Assembly: GCA_964016885.1 (NCBI GenBank)
Contig: OZ024742.1
Span: forward strand, 67,518,001-67,582,000
Source of the DNA: Eledone cirrhosa
Taxonomy: Eukaryota
DNA length: 64,000 nucleotides
Direction: 5' to 3'
Part shown: in pieces, positions 27,025-40,789 of the stretch
Position numbering within the stretch: the stretch's first letter is position 1
How the letters are laid out: every line of letters begins with the position of its first letter
The notes under the pieces: model-generated
The model's input: only the letters and a program-made list of their open reading frames with translations
What the model was told of the DNA's origin: nothing
Databases searched by the model: none
Program-made: the position numbers and the translations under genes

Positions 27025-27240
27025 AACAATGGTCGACCATATCGAAAGATTTCCATTGATCTAAATTGCCAGGTTTACAACTTACTCTCTCTATCATGTA
27101 TCGCATGAAGTGGAGGTTTTCTTCTATGCACTTGACAGGGATTGAGCAAGGTTCGTTACCTAACAGACCCTCGAACATAAGCGCCAACCCCTTCGCTAAC
27201 ACCTTGACCAAAGTCTTAAAACCTGTGCTTAACAGACTTG
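27025..27240 (-). pseudogene. Decayed Tx1-like RT fragment
   Basis: VKVLAKGLAL...CSIP...IEENLHFMRYMIERV...NLDQWKSFDMVDH parallels AKVLAKRLAL...NLDQSKAFDRVDH of the 47-49 kb ORF. Confidence 0.85.
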
Positions 27241-28043
27241 TGGATCAGAAAGTATCTAAAGAAACCCTCTTGTTCTGGTTTTACCTAATCAGAGGAAGAT
27301 AATAAGGTATTAGAAGAGAATGAATCAATGGGACACTTACAGACGCCAATTTTCTTCCATAATATTGCGTTTGAACAATTTATTACCAATTTTCTCGGCT
27401 AAATTTCCAGATATGTTGTGAAATTAGAGTTGGAGTGCCACAATATAAAATGTTGTGAGATTTAGCTAGTTCTATTCCTAATTGAATTGAAAATGAAAGG
27501 AGGACATTATGAACAGACAGAACATATAAGAGAAAAAACCGAATCTCTACGTAGCAACAATTTGATAGATTTCTACAAAGACGAAGAAAAATAGGGAAAG
27601 TAAAAAAAGAAAAGCATCAGAATCAACAATAGCAATCTTCAAATAGGAACAACGTAGGGACTTAAATTCGCTTCGTTCTCTTCTTCATATACTTATTCTT
27701 GATAGGGTCGTGAGGGCAGAGACCTCAAACTCACCTTACAGCAAATCCTGTCAGAAGCAACCGTCTCCAACTGATCCGGCAGGACTCAAGGAAACTAAAT
27801 GTTTTTTTGTAAAATTTTAGTATATGCTTTAAAGTCATCGTCGTCTTCTTGTGCCCGGAAACATACAAGCTCACGAACAAACGCACGCATGCATACACAG
27901 AGATAGATATACGCACATACAGACGCACACATACACATATATATATTTTTATATACACAACAAAATTTCAAAACAAGTTTGTACTTTATGGACTGTTGCA
28001 GTAGTGATTAAAAGAAAGAATTTCATTGAAATATTATTGTTCT

Positions 28044-28081
28044 AGTAGTAGTAGTAATAGTAGTAGCAGCAGCAGCCGCAA

Positions 28082-28138
<57 letters not shown>

Positions 28139-28182
28139 AGCAGCAGCAGAAGCAGCTGCAGCAGTATTATTATTATTATTAT

Positions 28183-28237
<55 letters not shown>
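28044..28237. repeat. Compound (AGT)n/(AGC)n/(ATT)n microsatellite
   Basis: Directly visible. Confidence 0.97.
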
Positions 28238-28238
<1 letters not shown>

Positions 28239-28655
28239 ACAGCAGTGAATACTTGAAGCGGTAGTATTCTCTTTATTCTACTCGCTCTATTGCTTCTATT
28301 AATTAAACGCTACAAAGTCTTAGCGCAAATATATATGATATAGAAAAAAGGGAAAAATGGAGACAGATAGAGAGATATAGCTACAGGCTAAAAGATACAC
28401 AAGAATAAGCTGCAAAACACCAAAAAAACGAGATAGACCAAACATGAACTGAAAGAGAAAGGAAGATCGTAATGAAGGAGTGAAAATATATGAAGCAGGA
28501 CGTTGTTATTTTCTTTTGTCTGCTAGAAGTAAATGTGTACCGTCTGCTGAACACTTGTTGGGCTGTATAATATAGTTTAAATGTGTGTGTGTGCGCGCGC
28601 GCGCGTGTATGTGTGTCTGTGTGTGTGTGTGTGTGTGTATAATATATACATATCC

Positions 28656-28687
<32 letters not shown>

Positions 28688-28701
28688 GGATATGTATATA
28701 T

Positions 28702-28758
<57 letters not shown>

Positions 28759-29271
28759 ACACACACACACACACAAATATTTCCTTTTTCGCTAACTTTT
28801 TGAATAACCGGCTGGGACCGGGTTTATTTCCCTTGCCGGAATTAGCACGTGATAATTATAGATTCGATTAGCAGCTTATTGCAGCAACATATAATTTATC
28901 ACTTCCATCCCAGGAAGAACGATAAACCTGTTGAAAAATTGAATCCAACGTTCGGTCATCAATTGCCAGGAGCTTGCCTTTCAAGTAAGTCGGATATTTG
29001 ATTTTGGATTCAGAGAAACACTTTAAACGTCTATTCGTCTAATTTGTCTTAAACGTCTATTCGTCTAATTTGTCCAGGTGTACTTTTTCTCAACCTGATT
29101 AGTGCTATCGTCGCTCTGGTATACATATTGTGTGTTAGTTTAGCCTACCACAATGTTCGATTTGTCAAGATTCTAGGACCTATCTTATCGAGTGCTTTGC
29201 TAACTCATCATTTCATATAAGTAGGCCGAATTCACTTGCAAACCACCAGAGATTCGATTATACTGATTTCC

Positions 29272-29341
<70 letters not shown>

Positions 29342-29559
29342 ATATGTATGCATATGCATATATATATTTTTATGTACGTCGAATCCTCCTCCAGTTCCAC
29401 CAAGCGTGACCTAATATAACTGTGTACAATTGGCTCCTGTGTTTTGTTTATTTATTTTCAACAGCAAACTCCACAACTGCTTCATCCGCAGCTCATTAAT
29501 ACCCCCCCCCACCCCCAACGCCCGTTCCTTCCCGGATCCCGCCAGCTCCTGACCCACAT

Positions 29560-29850
29560 ATGACCCCCACATATGACCCCCACATCACCAGCACCACCAA
29601 TTTCCAGGGACCCAACGGCTACCTTTCTCTGTCCGGCATTCCTTTCGCTGCACCTCCTCCAGCCTTGCCTACAGATTCGGCTGCACGGAGTGCGGCGCGA
29701 CCTATGTCAGGCAGACCGGACGCCGTCTGTCCAACTGGTCCGCCAAGCTCTTCCGCGACATCCGCCTCGGCACGTGCGCCCCATCGCCCGACACTTCTAC
29801 GCAGCCGAACACTCCGCTAGCAACTTGACCGTCTGCAGCCTGATTGCGTG
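29560..29850 (+). pseudogene. PLE GIY-YIG fragment (CCHH/Neptune-like type)
   Basis: Manual translation: HSFRCTSSSLAYRFGCTECGATYVRQTGRRLSNW...RDIR...PIARHF...HSASNLTV. Confidence 0.75.
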
Positions 29851-29910
29851 CCTTTGAACCCCCGATACCCGACATAGGGCTGAACAACCTACCATCTTTT
29901 AATTACAGGT

Positions 29911-30095
29911 GTGGCTCAATGACGAATTAATTAATTAAACAATCAACAATCAGAGCAATATATAAGAAAGTAAGTATATAGAATCATTTGATAAAATATA
30001 TACAATATTTCTTCTCCCAAACAGCATAATTAACATAATCTTATATATTGCTCTGATTGTTGATTATTTAATTAATTAATTCGTCATTGAGCCAC
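29911..30095. repeat. Inverted repeat (~57 bp arms); the spacer is also inverted at ~30665-30740
   Basis: gtggctcaatgacgaattaatt...gagcaatatataaga versus tcttatatattgctc...aattcgtcattgagccac. Confidence 0.85.
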
Positions 30096-30289
30096 GCTGT
30101 GAATGGTTGCCAAAAACATATATATATGGCTTTGTCTAGTTTATGTGTATGCAAACTTCTATATTTTATATACTCCCGTAAGGCTGAGTAAAACTTTAGG
30201 CCGTATTCGGCTGCGCTTTCTAGCAACCAGCCTACTCGCCCTCAACCATCAATCACAAGCTTTCTGACTTGACCACTGGCCATGCGACA

Positions 30290-30450
30290 ATTCTTTGCCA
30301 TTTTCAACTCGTTTCTGGCGGGGATCATTTAAGAAAAATCTTTGTCGAATTGAGTTTGTCTTCTGATGATTTCAAAACTCGTTCATTTATCCATGATCGG
30401 ATATTTCCAAAAAGCGAATGAAATCTCCGGGGGTAGAGATATGATTTTGG
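30290..30450 (-). pseudogene. Possible mariner transposase C-terminal remnant
   Basis: PRRFHSLFGNIRSWINERVLKSSED...KWQRIV loosely matches the mariner PSDFHLF...F.S.E...RW..V pattern. Confidence 0.35.
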
Positions 30451-30731
30451 TATGTTTATGTACATTTTTTCTTCTAACTTTGATTTTGTACCTAATTGTG
30501 TATGGTTAACTATATGTCTAGTCAATTTCTACAGGCTATCAGGAATACTACGTAAATCTTCTGTGGCTGTGGATCGCGGATAAAAAGCTATCATTTATTT
30601 ATCTATTATTTCTTCATAGGTACATTTTAAACTTATAGCCTCGTTTAAATGATTTTTTATGTGGTTGATTATGCTGATTGGGAGACGAAATACTGTATAT
30701 ATTTTATCAAATGATTCTATGGACTTACTTT

Positions 30732-30821
<90 letters not shown>

Positions 30822-30863
30822 TTAAAGCAATGAAATAAAAAATCAAGTCATTAGAGATATACA

Positions 30864-31003
30864 TCACTGTTTTACGATCGTTTCTAGATGGTAATAATAC
30901 ATTGTATCTATACTCAGTTATTGATCTATGTAAATTTACAAACTATCAGATAGAGAGAATATTTAATTACATGCATATCACCAGCTGTTTTCAAAAGCAA
31001 TAA
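30864..31003 (-). ncRNA. Type I hammerhead, U3-A8 core, 103-nt helix II region
   Basis: TTATTGCTT TTGAAAA [cagctggtgata...tattaccatcta] GAAA CGATCG TA AAACAGTGA. A related copy at ~31627 has AAGCAGTGA, which would pair helix I throughout (G-U pairs included). Confidence 0.6.
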
Positions 31004-31292
31004 TAATTTTATTCAATAATAATTTTACTCAGAATTAGTAGCATGTTAGTATCATGTCCTTATTTGGAGTTGTTGAAGAACTAACAAATCAAATTGTTTT
31101 TTTTCATGTGGTGTTAAGATGAAAAGTTAAACACTTTAGTTGAGGTCATGACCCTTTGAAAGGAATGGTTGAAGGGTGTTAGTAGAGTTGGCATAAACAT
31201 CTATTAGGAAGGAGGGGATTGTCAAACTGATAGTTGAATGTATCTCGTATAGTGAATTTAAAAGGAATGTCAAAATAAATAGTGATTAGTGT

Positions 31293-31845
31293 TGTATTGA
31301 ATTTTAAGGTGAATATAAATTATTGTTATGGCTAGGAAAGCTAGTATATTAAAAGATGAAAATTATAATAAGATAATGAGATATAGTAATGCGATAATAT
31401 ACAACTTAACCAACACAATATAGTACGGTATGGTAAATTGTACTTAGTATAATAGAGCATATTATACGCTCTAAAATATTACTAAGCATGTTTATGCATA
31501 GACAATCAAACTCAGCTAAATACATGTTGGCATAGTTAAAACACATAAATTTCATAGTCTACATTATATAGAGTAAGAGGTACAGTTACATTGATAGCTA
31601 ACCAAAAAATATACATACGTACAAATGAAACGATCGTAAAGCAGTGAAATATATCTCTAATGGCTTTTTCATTTCATTGTTTTAACTTATATCAAGACTC
31701 AGTTTTCCTTTTAAAGTTTTATTGTTTTCTGAGATTTATCTTAACCTACAACATTTTCAACATATGTATTACATCGAGTTCTTCATACAGAAAAGACCCA
31801 ACAACTTACAGTCGATACATCTGTGTATATATATATATGTATATA

Positions 31846-31932
<87 letters not shown>

Positions 31933-32205
31933 GGAATAGAATGAAACGAAATTTCATTTCTCACTCTTAGTACGGCACTTACTTAAATGTAAGTATGTAT
32001 GTATGTATAAGTACATAAATATATGTATACAGACATACAGTAGTATGTATATATATACATACATGCACACATACATATATGCACGTATCGGTATACCGAA
32101 CATTTATTATAATGCTCGGTTTGATTGTTTGTAAACCGATACGGTAAACCGATACGTGCATATATGTGTGTGTGCATGTATGTATATATATACATACTAC
32201 TGTAC

Positions 32206-32263
<58 letters not shown>

Positions 32264-33037
32264 GTACGTTATTCCGGGTTGAATCGGAGGTAACCACAGT
32301 AAGTAAGGTACTCAATACATTGCAGAGTATAAAAGTTTTAGTATAGATGAGATTCTACAGGACTAGAACTGTTTCATTCTTTAGAAATGATCTGGAATCT
32401 GGGTATCAAAAAATAAGTATGGTATTTATACAAGTGGTAGGAGAGGGTGGGGAGTGGAATGGGTGTAGGTCATTGGTTGATAGAAAAGAGAATTGATTAA
32501 AAGCTTGTTCTACAAAGCTATAGTTTATTTTTATTTTTATCTTTATTTATTTTTGTTTTTTAGAGTAACAAAGGCAGACAGAATTCTATAAACAGGTTCA
32601 GGATGGCATGCCATTCCTTATTATTAAGTTTCTCTTAAGCTAACAGGTGTCTATAAGATCAGTGGGGGGTCAGTCATGGTAGATATATTTAAAGGAAAGG
32701 GAGATTCGTTAAAAGCTAAATTCATTAAGGTTCTACTAAGTGACAAAGTTTTAGAGAATTCTGTAGACAAATTCAGAATATTAAGTGCATATCTTACAAT
32801 TATCCTCAAGTTACTCTTAAACTATTCAACTATATGCCAAAAAACAACAGACACATTCACAAGACACACTCACTCACACACTCGCGCGCACCCATAAACA
32901 CACATACACAGACACACATATACACAGACACACATATAAATATATTTATATATATAAATATAAATATACACATACATACATACACATACATACACACACA
33001 TACATACACACATATGTACACACATATATATACACAC

Positions 33038-33069
<32 letters not shown>

Positions 33070-33193
33070 ACATGCACGTACATATATATATATATACACA
33101 TACACATATATATATATATACATATACATATATAAAAATATATATATATATATACATACACACACACACACACACCCATACACATACATATAT

Positions 33194-33234
<41 letters not shown>

Positions 33235-33348
33235 TACATATACACATATATAAGGAAAAATTGAACGGGAACAAAGTAGAGGGGCAGAACAAACAAATGT
33301 TTATTGATTTCACGCTCTTGAGAGTGGGGTCACACATACACACACACG

Positions 33349-33394
<46 letters not shown>

Positions 33395-33420
33395 TACAGC
33401 ATACATACATATATTCATAC
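31293..33420 (+). repeat. Left arm of a ~2.1 kb inverted segmental duplication
   Basis: Blocks 31293-31830, 31925-32210 and 32260-33420 are reverse complements, with scattered substitutions, of 43775-44311, 40283-40580 and 37160-38300. Confidence 0.92.
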
Positions 33421-33506
33421 ATATATATATATATATATATGAATATATGTATATATATATATATATATATATACACATACATACACATACACATATATAT
33501 ACATAC

Positions 33507-33537
<31 letters not shown>

Positions 33538-33927
33538 GTTATTATTGCACCGACGTGAGGTATATGATTTTAATGCAATGAAATATCGATGATCGTCGGC
33601 AAATCACTGATGAGGGACTTATTTTATTACATGTTATCCATGTGGAACCTGCAGTATTCTTCTCCCGATTTTTTCATATATATATATATATATACATACA
33701 TATACACACCCATATATATATACATATACATATACACACACAAAAATACATACATATATACATATATATACACACATATATATACACATACATACACATA
33801 CACATACACAAACATACACACATATAAATATATATATATATATATAGATATACACATATATATATATACATATATATACATATATATATATATTTATATA
33901 TATAGATATACACATATATATATATAC

Positions 33928-33996
<69 letters not shown>

Positions 33997-34000
33997 TGTG

Positions 34001-34038
<38 letters not shown>

Positions 34039-34285
34039 TACACACATACACACATATACACACACATATACACACATATATATATATATATATACACACA
34101 TACACACACATACAAATATAAATACATACATACACATACATATACACATATACACATATACATACACATACATACACACATACATACATATACACAAACA
34201 TATACATATATATATATATATATACATATATACATATATATACACACATATACATATATACATATATATACACACATATATACAC

Positions 34286-34332
<47 letters not shown>

Positions 34333-34367
34333 TATATACACACATACACACATATATATATATACAC

Positions 34368-34436
<69 letters not shown>

Positions 34437-34445
34437 CATCCACAC

Positions 34446-34476
<31 letters not shown>

Positions 34477-34525
34477 CACATACATACACACACATACATA
34501 TATACATACATATGTACACACACAC

Positions 34526-34556
<31 letters not shown>

Positions 34557-34560
34557 CATG
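33250..34560. repeat. Long compound (TA)/(CA) low-complexity tract
   Basis: Directly visible; source of the 200-360 aa Y/I/H/T pseudo-ORFs. Confidence 0.95.
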
Positions 34561-34689
34561 GTGGCTGCCAACTCGTTTTCGAGTACGGCCACTACTTTAT
34601 ATCCATGTAGGAGAACCCCTACCGATGCGCTGAACGAATGTGACTTTTTAGTCCAGCCAGCGACTTGAAAACTCTGGTACAAAGACTAC

Positions 34690-35170
34690 ACTGTGACCAT
34701 TATTGACACATAGTGCAGGGCCCATGGTACCATGTGATGACAAGTGCAGAGAGATCTCCAGATATAAAGCAATGCCTGTGCTGTGAAGCTTTTATAGTGA
34801 GCAAAGGCACTGCACAAAGCCAGTCCCACTCTCTTAACCAAGATGATATTTACCAAAAAGAAGAACAAGTCAACATCATTGGATACCATCAGGGTTGCAG
34901 GTGTTATATCAGAGTTTTCCTTCTCCTAGAATTCTGCCTTGACAAAGGCTAAGGGGTCATCTCTCCCGGTGATTTTGGATGGCTATTGAGTCTTAAGAGC
35001 TCCCTTGCCCTTTGACAGGTTTTGTTTTTAGTCCTGCAGGATGTCCAAAGTCACCCTCCTCACCAAGAAACCTTGGTGGGGTTGCCAGTTTAGTCGCCAA
35101 CGACCCGACCATGAGACAGGTTGTACTGGGATACATGTTACCAGTAGCACCAACTGGTGACCTGACAACA
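34690..35170 (-). mobile_element. Probable 5' UTR fragment of an RTE-type LINE
   Basis: GC-richer island with ggtcgggtcgttggcgactaaactggcaacccc and ggagaaggaaaactctga motifs reminiscent of RTE 5' regions. Recognised from memory only. Confidence 0.35.
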
Positions 35171-35317
35171 AATATATATACACACACATATACATACATA
35201 CATATACACATATATATACACACACATATACATACATATTCACACATACACACATACACATACACACATATATACATATATATATATATAAAAAAATACA
35301 CATATATACACACACAT

Positions 35318-35370
<53 letters not shown>

Positions 35371-35379
35371 TATATATAC

Positions 35380-35445
<66 letters not shown>

Positions 35446-35515
35446 TATGAAGAGAGAAGAAACATTTAGATATAATTAGTAATAAAATGTATCATACCCA
35501 AACTGTTCCTAAATA

Positions 35516-35603
35516 CCTCGACTACGTAGTTTCGTGGCATAAACAAAAACAATATATCAAAGATATAGAGTCCTTGCGAGGTCTGCCGACTTATCAAGAG
35601 GAT
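35516..35603 (-). ncRNA. Type I hammerhead, U3-A8 core, 57-nt helix II region (left arm)
   Basis: Reverse complement of 35828-35915; helix I CCTC/GAGG. Confidence 0.75.
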
Positions 35604-35827
35604 ACCTCATTTTACTAGTCTCAAGAACGCGTCTACACGACGTGAGAAAGAATCCCAAAAGGCGGAGGGGGAGATACCCCCTCCGCCTCCGTGGTATTTT
35701 CTTCGTGGTTATAAGAGGCTTAGCTCTGTTTCTCGACCGTTATATCGCGTGACTATCTCCCCCTCCGCCTTTTGGGATTCTTTCTCACGTCGTGTAGACG
35801 CGTTCTTGAGACTAGTAAAATGAGGTA

Positions 35828-35915
35828 TCCTCTTGATAAGTCGGCAGACCTCGCAAGGACTCTATATCTTTGATATATTGTTTTTGTTTATGCCACGAAA
35901 CTACGTAGTCGAGGA
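35828..35915 (+). ncRNA. Type I hammerhead, U3-A8 core, 57-nt helix II region
   Basis: TCCTC TTGATAA [GTCGGCA...TGCCAC] GAAA CTACGTAG TC GAGGA; predicted cleavage after 35910 (GUC). Confidence 0.8.
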
Positions 35916-36146
35916 ATTTAGGAACAGTTTGGGTATGATACATTTTATTACTAATTATATCTAAATGTTTCTTCTCTCTTCATAATGTATTTTTAACTCT
36001 GATACTGGTTCAGTCTAGTTCAAACTGAATTGGTCTGTCCCAGTCATTCATTGAGCAACATCGGTGAAGTTGGCACCCTTAACTCACAGTTGGGTGCGGA
36101 TGCATTCATGTATATATGTGTGTGTCCGCATGTATCTGTGTGTTTC

Positions 36147-36230
<84 letters not shown>

Positions 36231-36364
36231 TACATATACATATATATACACACATATACACACATACCCATATACACATGTGCACACACATACATACACA
36301 TACACATACATACACATACATATACACACATACACACACACACAAATATATACACATACAAATA

Positions 36365-37098
36365 AATAAGTACTCAATAAATATACGCATATACGCAGGC
36401 ACATAAAAACACCTCTACAGGCAGAAAATGTAGATAGGTAAGAGGTACTCACATAACCATAGTGGCCGTATTTCAGGTTGAGGAGGGGTGGGGGTAGGGT
36501 GGGAAGGAGGTATAGAGGCCAATAGGAGGAGGTCGTTTTTAGCCATCGTGCTTTAACACTGGCTTAAACTGTTTGAAAGTTGCAAAGTTCTTGTGCATGC
36601 AGTTCGGGCAGTGTTCAGAGAGTTTGTTCAGTAGCGGGCCCTTGGCGAATAAAATTTCGTAGCTCTCTGAAATACAAAGATCTCAGCCCTTGTTCCTCCG
36701 TTGTAAGAGCGCGCTTGCTGGAGTATTTTTCATTTAAGCGTGAAGGGGGTGGAGTTCCTTTTGAGGTCCTAAACATAGGAGGCGAGTGTTGTCTGGTTTG
36801 ATTTGTCCGGTCTTCTGAAGGAGTGGGTATGGGCATACCAACGGGTCTTAAAGTTGTTGGATGTCATGCCGATGTAAGTTTTTTTGCAATCATCGGTGCC
36901 TGAGATGACATCGCATTTGTATACGATATCATTTGTGAGGCATTTGTTTTCAAGTGGGCATGCTTCCTTATTTAGGCAATTACACAGAGCCCCTGTCCGC
37001 GGATTGGGTTCGTAGGTGGTTGGCTTATTTAATTTTTTAGAATTGTGGTTGGCTATATTCCTAGCTAGGTTAGGTGTGGTGGAGTAGGAGAGTCTTAT

Positions 37099-37100
<2 letters not shown>
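36365..37100 (-). mobile_element. Naiad-type PLE 3' fragment (GIY-YIG)
   Basis: [11 protein letters not shown]...[24 protein letters not shown]...[20 protein letters not shown]...TTLASYV*. Continues with stops and a frameshift to LLNK..E....CMH. Confidence 0.9.
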
Positions 37101-37166
<66 letters not shown>

Positions 37167-37185
37167 TATATGTATGTATGGTGTA

Positions 37186-37234
<49 letters not shown>

Positions 37235-37333
37235 ATGTGTGAACCCACTCTCAAGAGCGTGAAATCAATAAACATTTGTTTGTTCTGCCCCTCTACTTTG
37301 TTCCCGTTCAATTTTTCCTTATATATGTGTATA

Positions 37334-37364
<31 letters not shown>

Positions 37365-37409
37365 GTGTGTATATATGTATGTGTATGTGTGTGTGTATGT
37401 GTGTATGTG

Positions 37410-37440
<31 letters not shown>

Positions 37441-38295
37441 GTATATGTATATATATATATATGTATGTGTATATATATATATGTATGTGCATGTGTATAT
37501 ATATATATATATATATGTATATGTGTGTATATATATGTGTGTACATATGTGTGTATGTATGTGTGTGTATGTATGTGTATATATGTATGTGTATATTTAT
37601 ATTTATATATATAAATATATTTATATGTGTGTCTGTGTATATGTGTGTCTGTGTATGTGTGTTTATGGGTGCGCGCGAGTGTGTGAGTGAGTGTGTCTTG
37701 TGAATGTGTCTGTTGTTTTTTGGCATATAGTTGAATAGTTTAAGAGTAATTTGAGGATAATTGTAAGATATGCACTTAATATTCTGAATTTGTCTACAGA
37801 ATTCTCTAAACCTTTGTCACTTAGTAGAACCTTAATGAATTTAGCTTTTAAAGAATCTCCCTTTCCTTTAAATCTATCTACCATGACTGACCCCCCACTG
37901 ATCTTATAGACACCTGTTAGCTTAAGAGAAACTTAATAATAAGGAATGGCATGCCATCCTGAACCTGTTTATAGAATTCTGTCTGCCTTTGTTACTCTAA
38001 AAACAAAAATAAATAAAAATAAAAATAAAAATAAACTATAGCTTTGTAGAACTAGCTTTTAATGAATTCCCTTTTCTATCAACCAATGACCTACACCCAT
38101 CCCACTCCCCACCCTCTCCTACCACTTGTATAAATACCATACTTATTTTTTGATACCCAGATTCCTGATAATTTCTAAAGAATGAAACAGTTCTAGTCCT
38201 GTAGTATCTCATCTATATTAAAACTTTTATACTCTGCAATGTATTGAGTACCTTACTTACTGTGGTTACCTCCGATTCAACCCGGAATAACGTAC

Positions 38296-38347
<52 letters not shown>

Positions 38348-38354
38348 ATATATA

Positions 38355-40272
38355 TTGTTATACTTGGGGAGGGTCATATTTGTGTAATATTGCCAGAATT
38401 AATAACAGAACACACTCACTGTTTGGTTGGTTTTCGCTTCTCGCTGTCTTTTATATCTGCGATCTAACTTAATTGGTCCTCAATGTTGCCATTGACTGAC
38501 CGACGGTCAAAAATAATACAGATACAATATAGACACAGACACATATATATAGTTTACATAATTTACATAAATCTTTCGTTGCACATCTGCAACATCGTCA
38601 GTGGTGTTATATTTTTTCCTCCTGTTGTGTTGTATGTCTACGCCATTTTTTATTCAGTCTGTCTATATATTTATTTATTTATTTGCTTGTTTGTTTATTT
38701 TATTTTGTCTTCTTTGCGCATGCGTTTGCGTGTGTGTATAGTGTTGCGTTTGCTGTGTGACTAGTGTGACACTATACTAAACTTGTGTGACACTATGCTA
38801 AACCCATGGCCTCCAAATACCTGATACTCAAAAACTCAGCAATGTCCAGTAGTGCTAAGTTTAATATTCTGATCGCAGATTTGGTACGAGTGATGAAGAA
38901 TGTGTCCAGCATGTGCGACCCAACAGAAATGGAAAGACACATCCAACACTTCAACCGCATGCAGTTCTCTGGCTATAACCAAAGAGACAGAGTCAGAGTA
39001 TACGAAGGAGCCATGGAAAAGTATAAGACCCTCATAGAACTGGACATGAAAGGAATTTTCCCTTATACAGGAGCAAATCATGGAATAGCTTAGATAGGGC
39101 TAGATATAAGATAGGGAAGGCCACATCATGGTACGACAACCAGAGATATCAGAGTGTCATGTTTGTGGACGCCACTCCTGGAGGGAAATTAGCTAACCAG
39201 TGTAGAAAGGCCCTGAGAAAGACCCACTTAAAAATAAAGGTGGTAGAAAAGCCAGGAACCACCATAAAATCCCTGATCAGCAAAACCTACCCCTTTAAGA
39301 AAACCCACTGTACCAATAGGAAATGTATCATATGTAAGGTGAACACCCGGATAAACTGTAAAACTAGAAACGTAGTCTATATCATAATATGTACAGAGGG
39401 TACTTGCAGAAACATGACAACAACATACATAGGCGAAACAGCTCGTAGCATAGGTGAGAGGATAGACCAACACTGGGGGGAACTAAAAGGACGAAAAAAC
39501 GGGTCAGTTCTATACGAACATGCTAGACAACAACATTACGGTAACATAGACAACATAGAAATTAGAATAATATCTAAACATAGGAATGACCCAGCAGAGA
39601 GGCAAATCAGAGAGGCCAGTGAAATAGAAATTAGAAGACCAAAGCTAAACAGAAAGAATGAGTGGAACAACAACAACACCCAAACAAACAACACTGACCT
39701 AAGAGAAGTATAAATAAGTAACTAAAATAAAATAAAATAAGATAAATAAATACATACACAAGCAAATAACAACAAGCACATAAACACACACTAGTCACCC
39801 AGCAGACACAACACTATACACACTCGTCACACAGCAAACGCAACACTATACACACACGCAAACGCATGCGCAAAGAAGACAAAATAAAATAAACAAACAA
39901 GCAAATAAATAAATAAATATATAGACAGACTGAATAAAAAATGGCGTAGACATACAACACAACAGGAGGAAAAAATATAACACCACTGACGATGTTGCAG
40001 ATGTGCAATGAAAGATTTATGTAAATTATGTAAACTATATATATGTGTTTGTGTCTATATTGTATCTGTATTATTTTTGACCGTCGGTCAGTCAATGGCA
40101 ACATTGAGGACCGATTAAGTTAGATCGCAGATATAAAAGACAGCGAGAAGCGAAAACCAACCAAACAGTGAGTGTGTTCTGTTATTAATTCTGGCAATAT
40201 TACACAAATATGACCCTCCCCAAGTATAACAATATTTGTTTCGACACACGATTTCATATAAAAAACCTCGCT
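38355..40272 (+). mobile_element. 5'-truncated PLE with ~410 bp inverted pLTRs, inserted in (TA)n
   Basis: 38355-38762 is inverted at ~39826-40232. Internal frameshifted ORFs 38806-39093 (RT thumb, ..RMQFSGY..) and 39159-39713 (FVDATPGGKL, C/C/C linker, NVVY..C...YIGETARS..ER..QH GIY-YIG). Confidence 0.92.
39159..39713 (+). pseudogene. PLE linker + GIY-YIG endonuclease domain (fragment)
   Basis: VVY / YIGET / R / E / N motif order of GIY-YIG. Confidence 0.88.
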
Positions 40273-40572
40273 AAACTAATATATATATATATATAGACGT
40301 ACAGTAGTATGTATATATATACATACATGCACACATACATATATGCACGTATCGGTTTACCGAACATTTATTACAAACAATCAAACCGAGCATTAGAATA
40401 AATGTTCGGTATACCGATACGTGCATATATGTATGTGTGCATGTATGTATATATATACATACTACTGTATGTCTGTATACATATATGTATGTACGTATAC
40501 ATACATACATACTTACATTTAAGTAAGTGCCGTACTAAGAGTGAGAAATGAAATTTCGTTTCATTCTATTCC

Positions 40573-40642
<70 letters not shown>

Positions 40643-40789
40643 TATTTTCCGTTGTGTTGTAATATAAATATTACACACAGTAGATTATCAGCTCACGTAG
40701 AGTTTGCTCGACGGTTCCAGTTATAGTTCCAAAAGTAATCCGGAGAAAAATAGAAAGGTTTGAATGGATACAGTTTAGTTGAAAGGAAT

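Larger units (their letters stand above)
35441..35990. repeat. Near-perfect inverted repeat (~235 bp arms, ~77 bp spacer); solo pLTR with inverted copy
   Basis: 35441-35676 is the reverse complement of 35754-35989; I noticed one mismatch. Confidence 0.95.

Noticed and set aside
33601-33672. CTGATGA...GAACCTGCAGTA hammerhead-like motif
   Set aside because: GAAA is broken and helix I is not contiguous.
36525-36570. SECIS-like hairpin (AGCCA GTGT TAAA GCAC GA TGGCT, minus strand) at the end of a Naiad-type ORF
   Set aside because: Has apical adenines but lacks the AUGA/GA non-Watson-Crick core.
39981-40035. CTGACGA-T-GTTGCA-GATG-TGCAA(C/T)-GAAA hammerhead half in the pLTR of the 38-40 kb PLE
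   Set aside because: Good core and helix II, but I could not find a UH with matching helix III and helix I (needs TGGTG); left uncalled.
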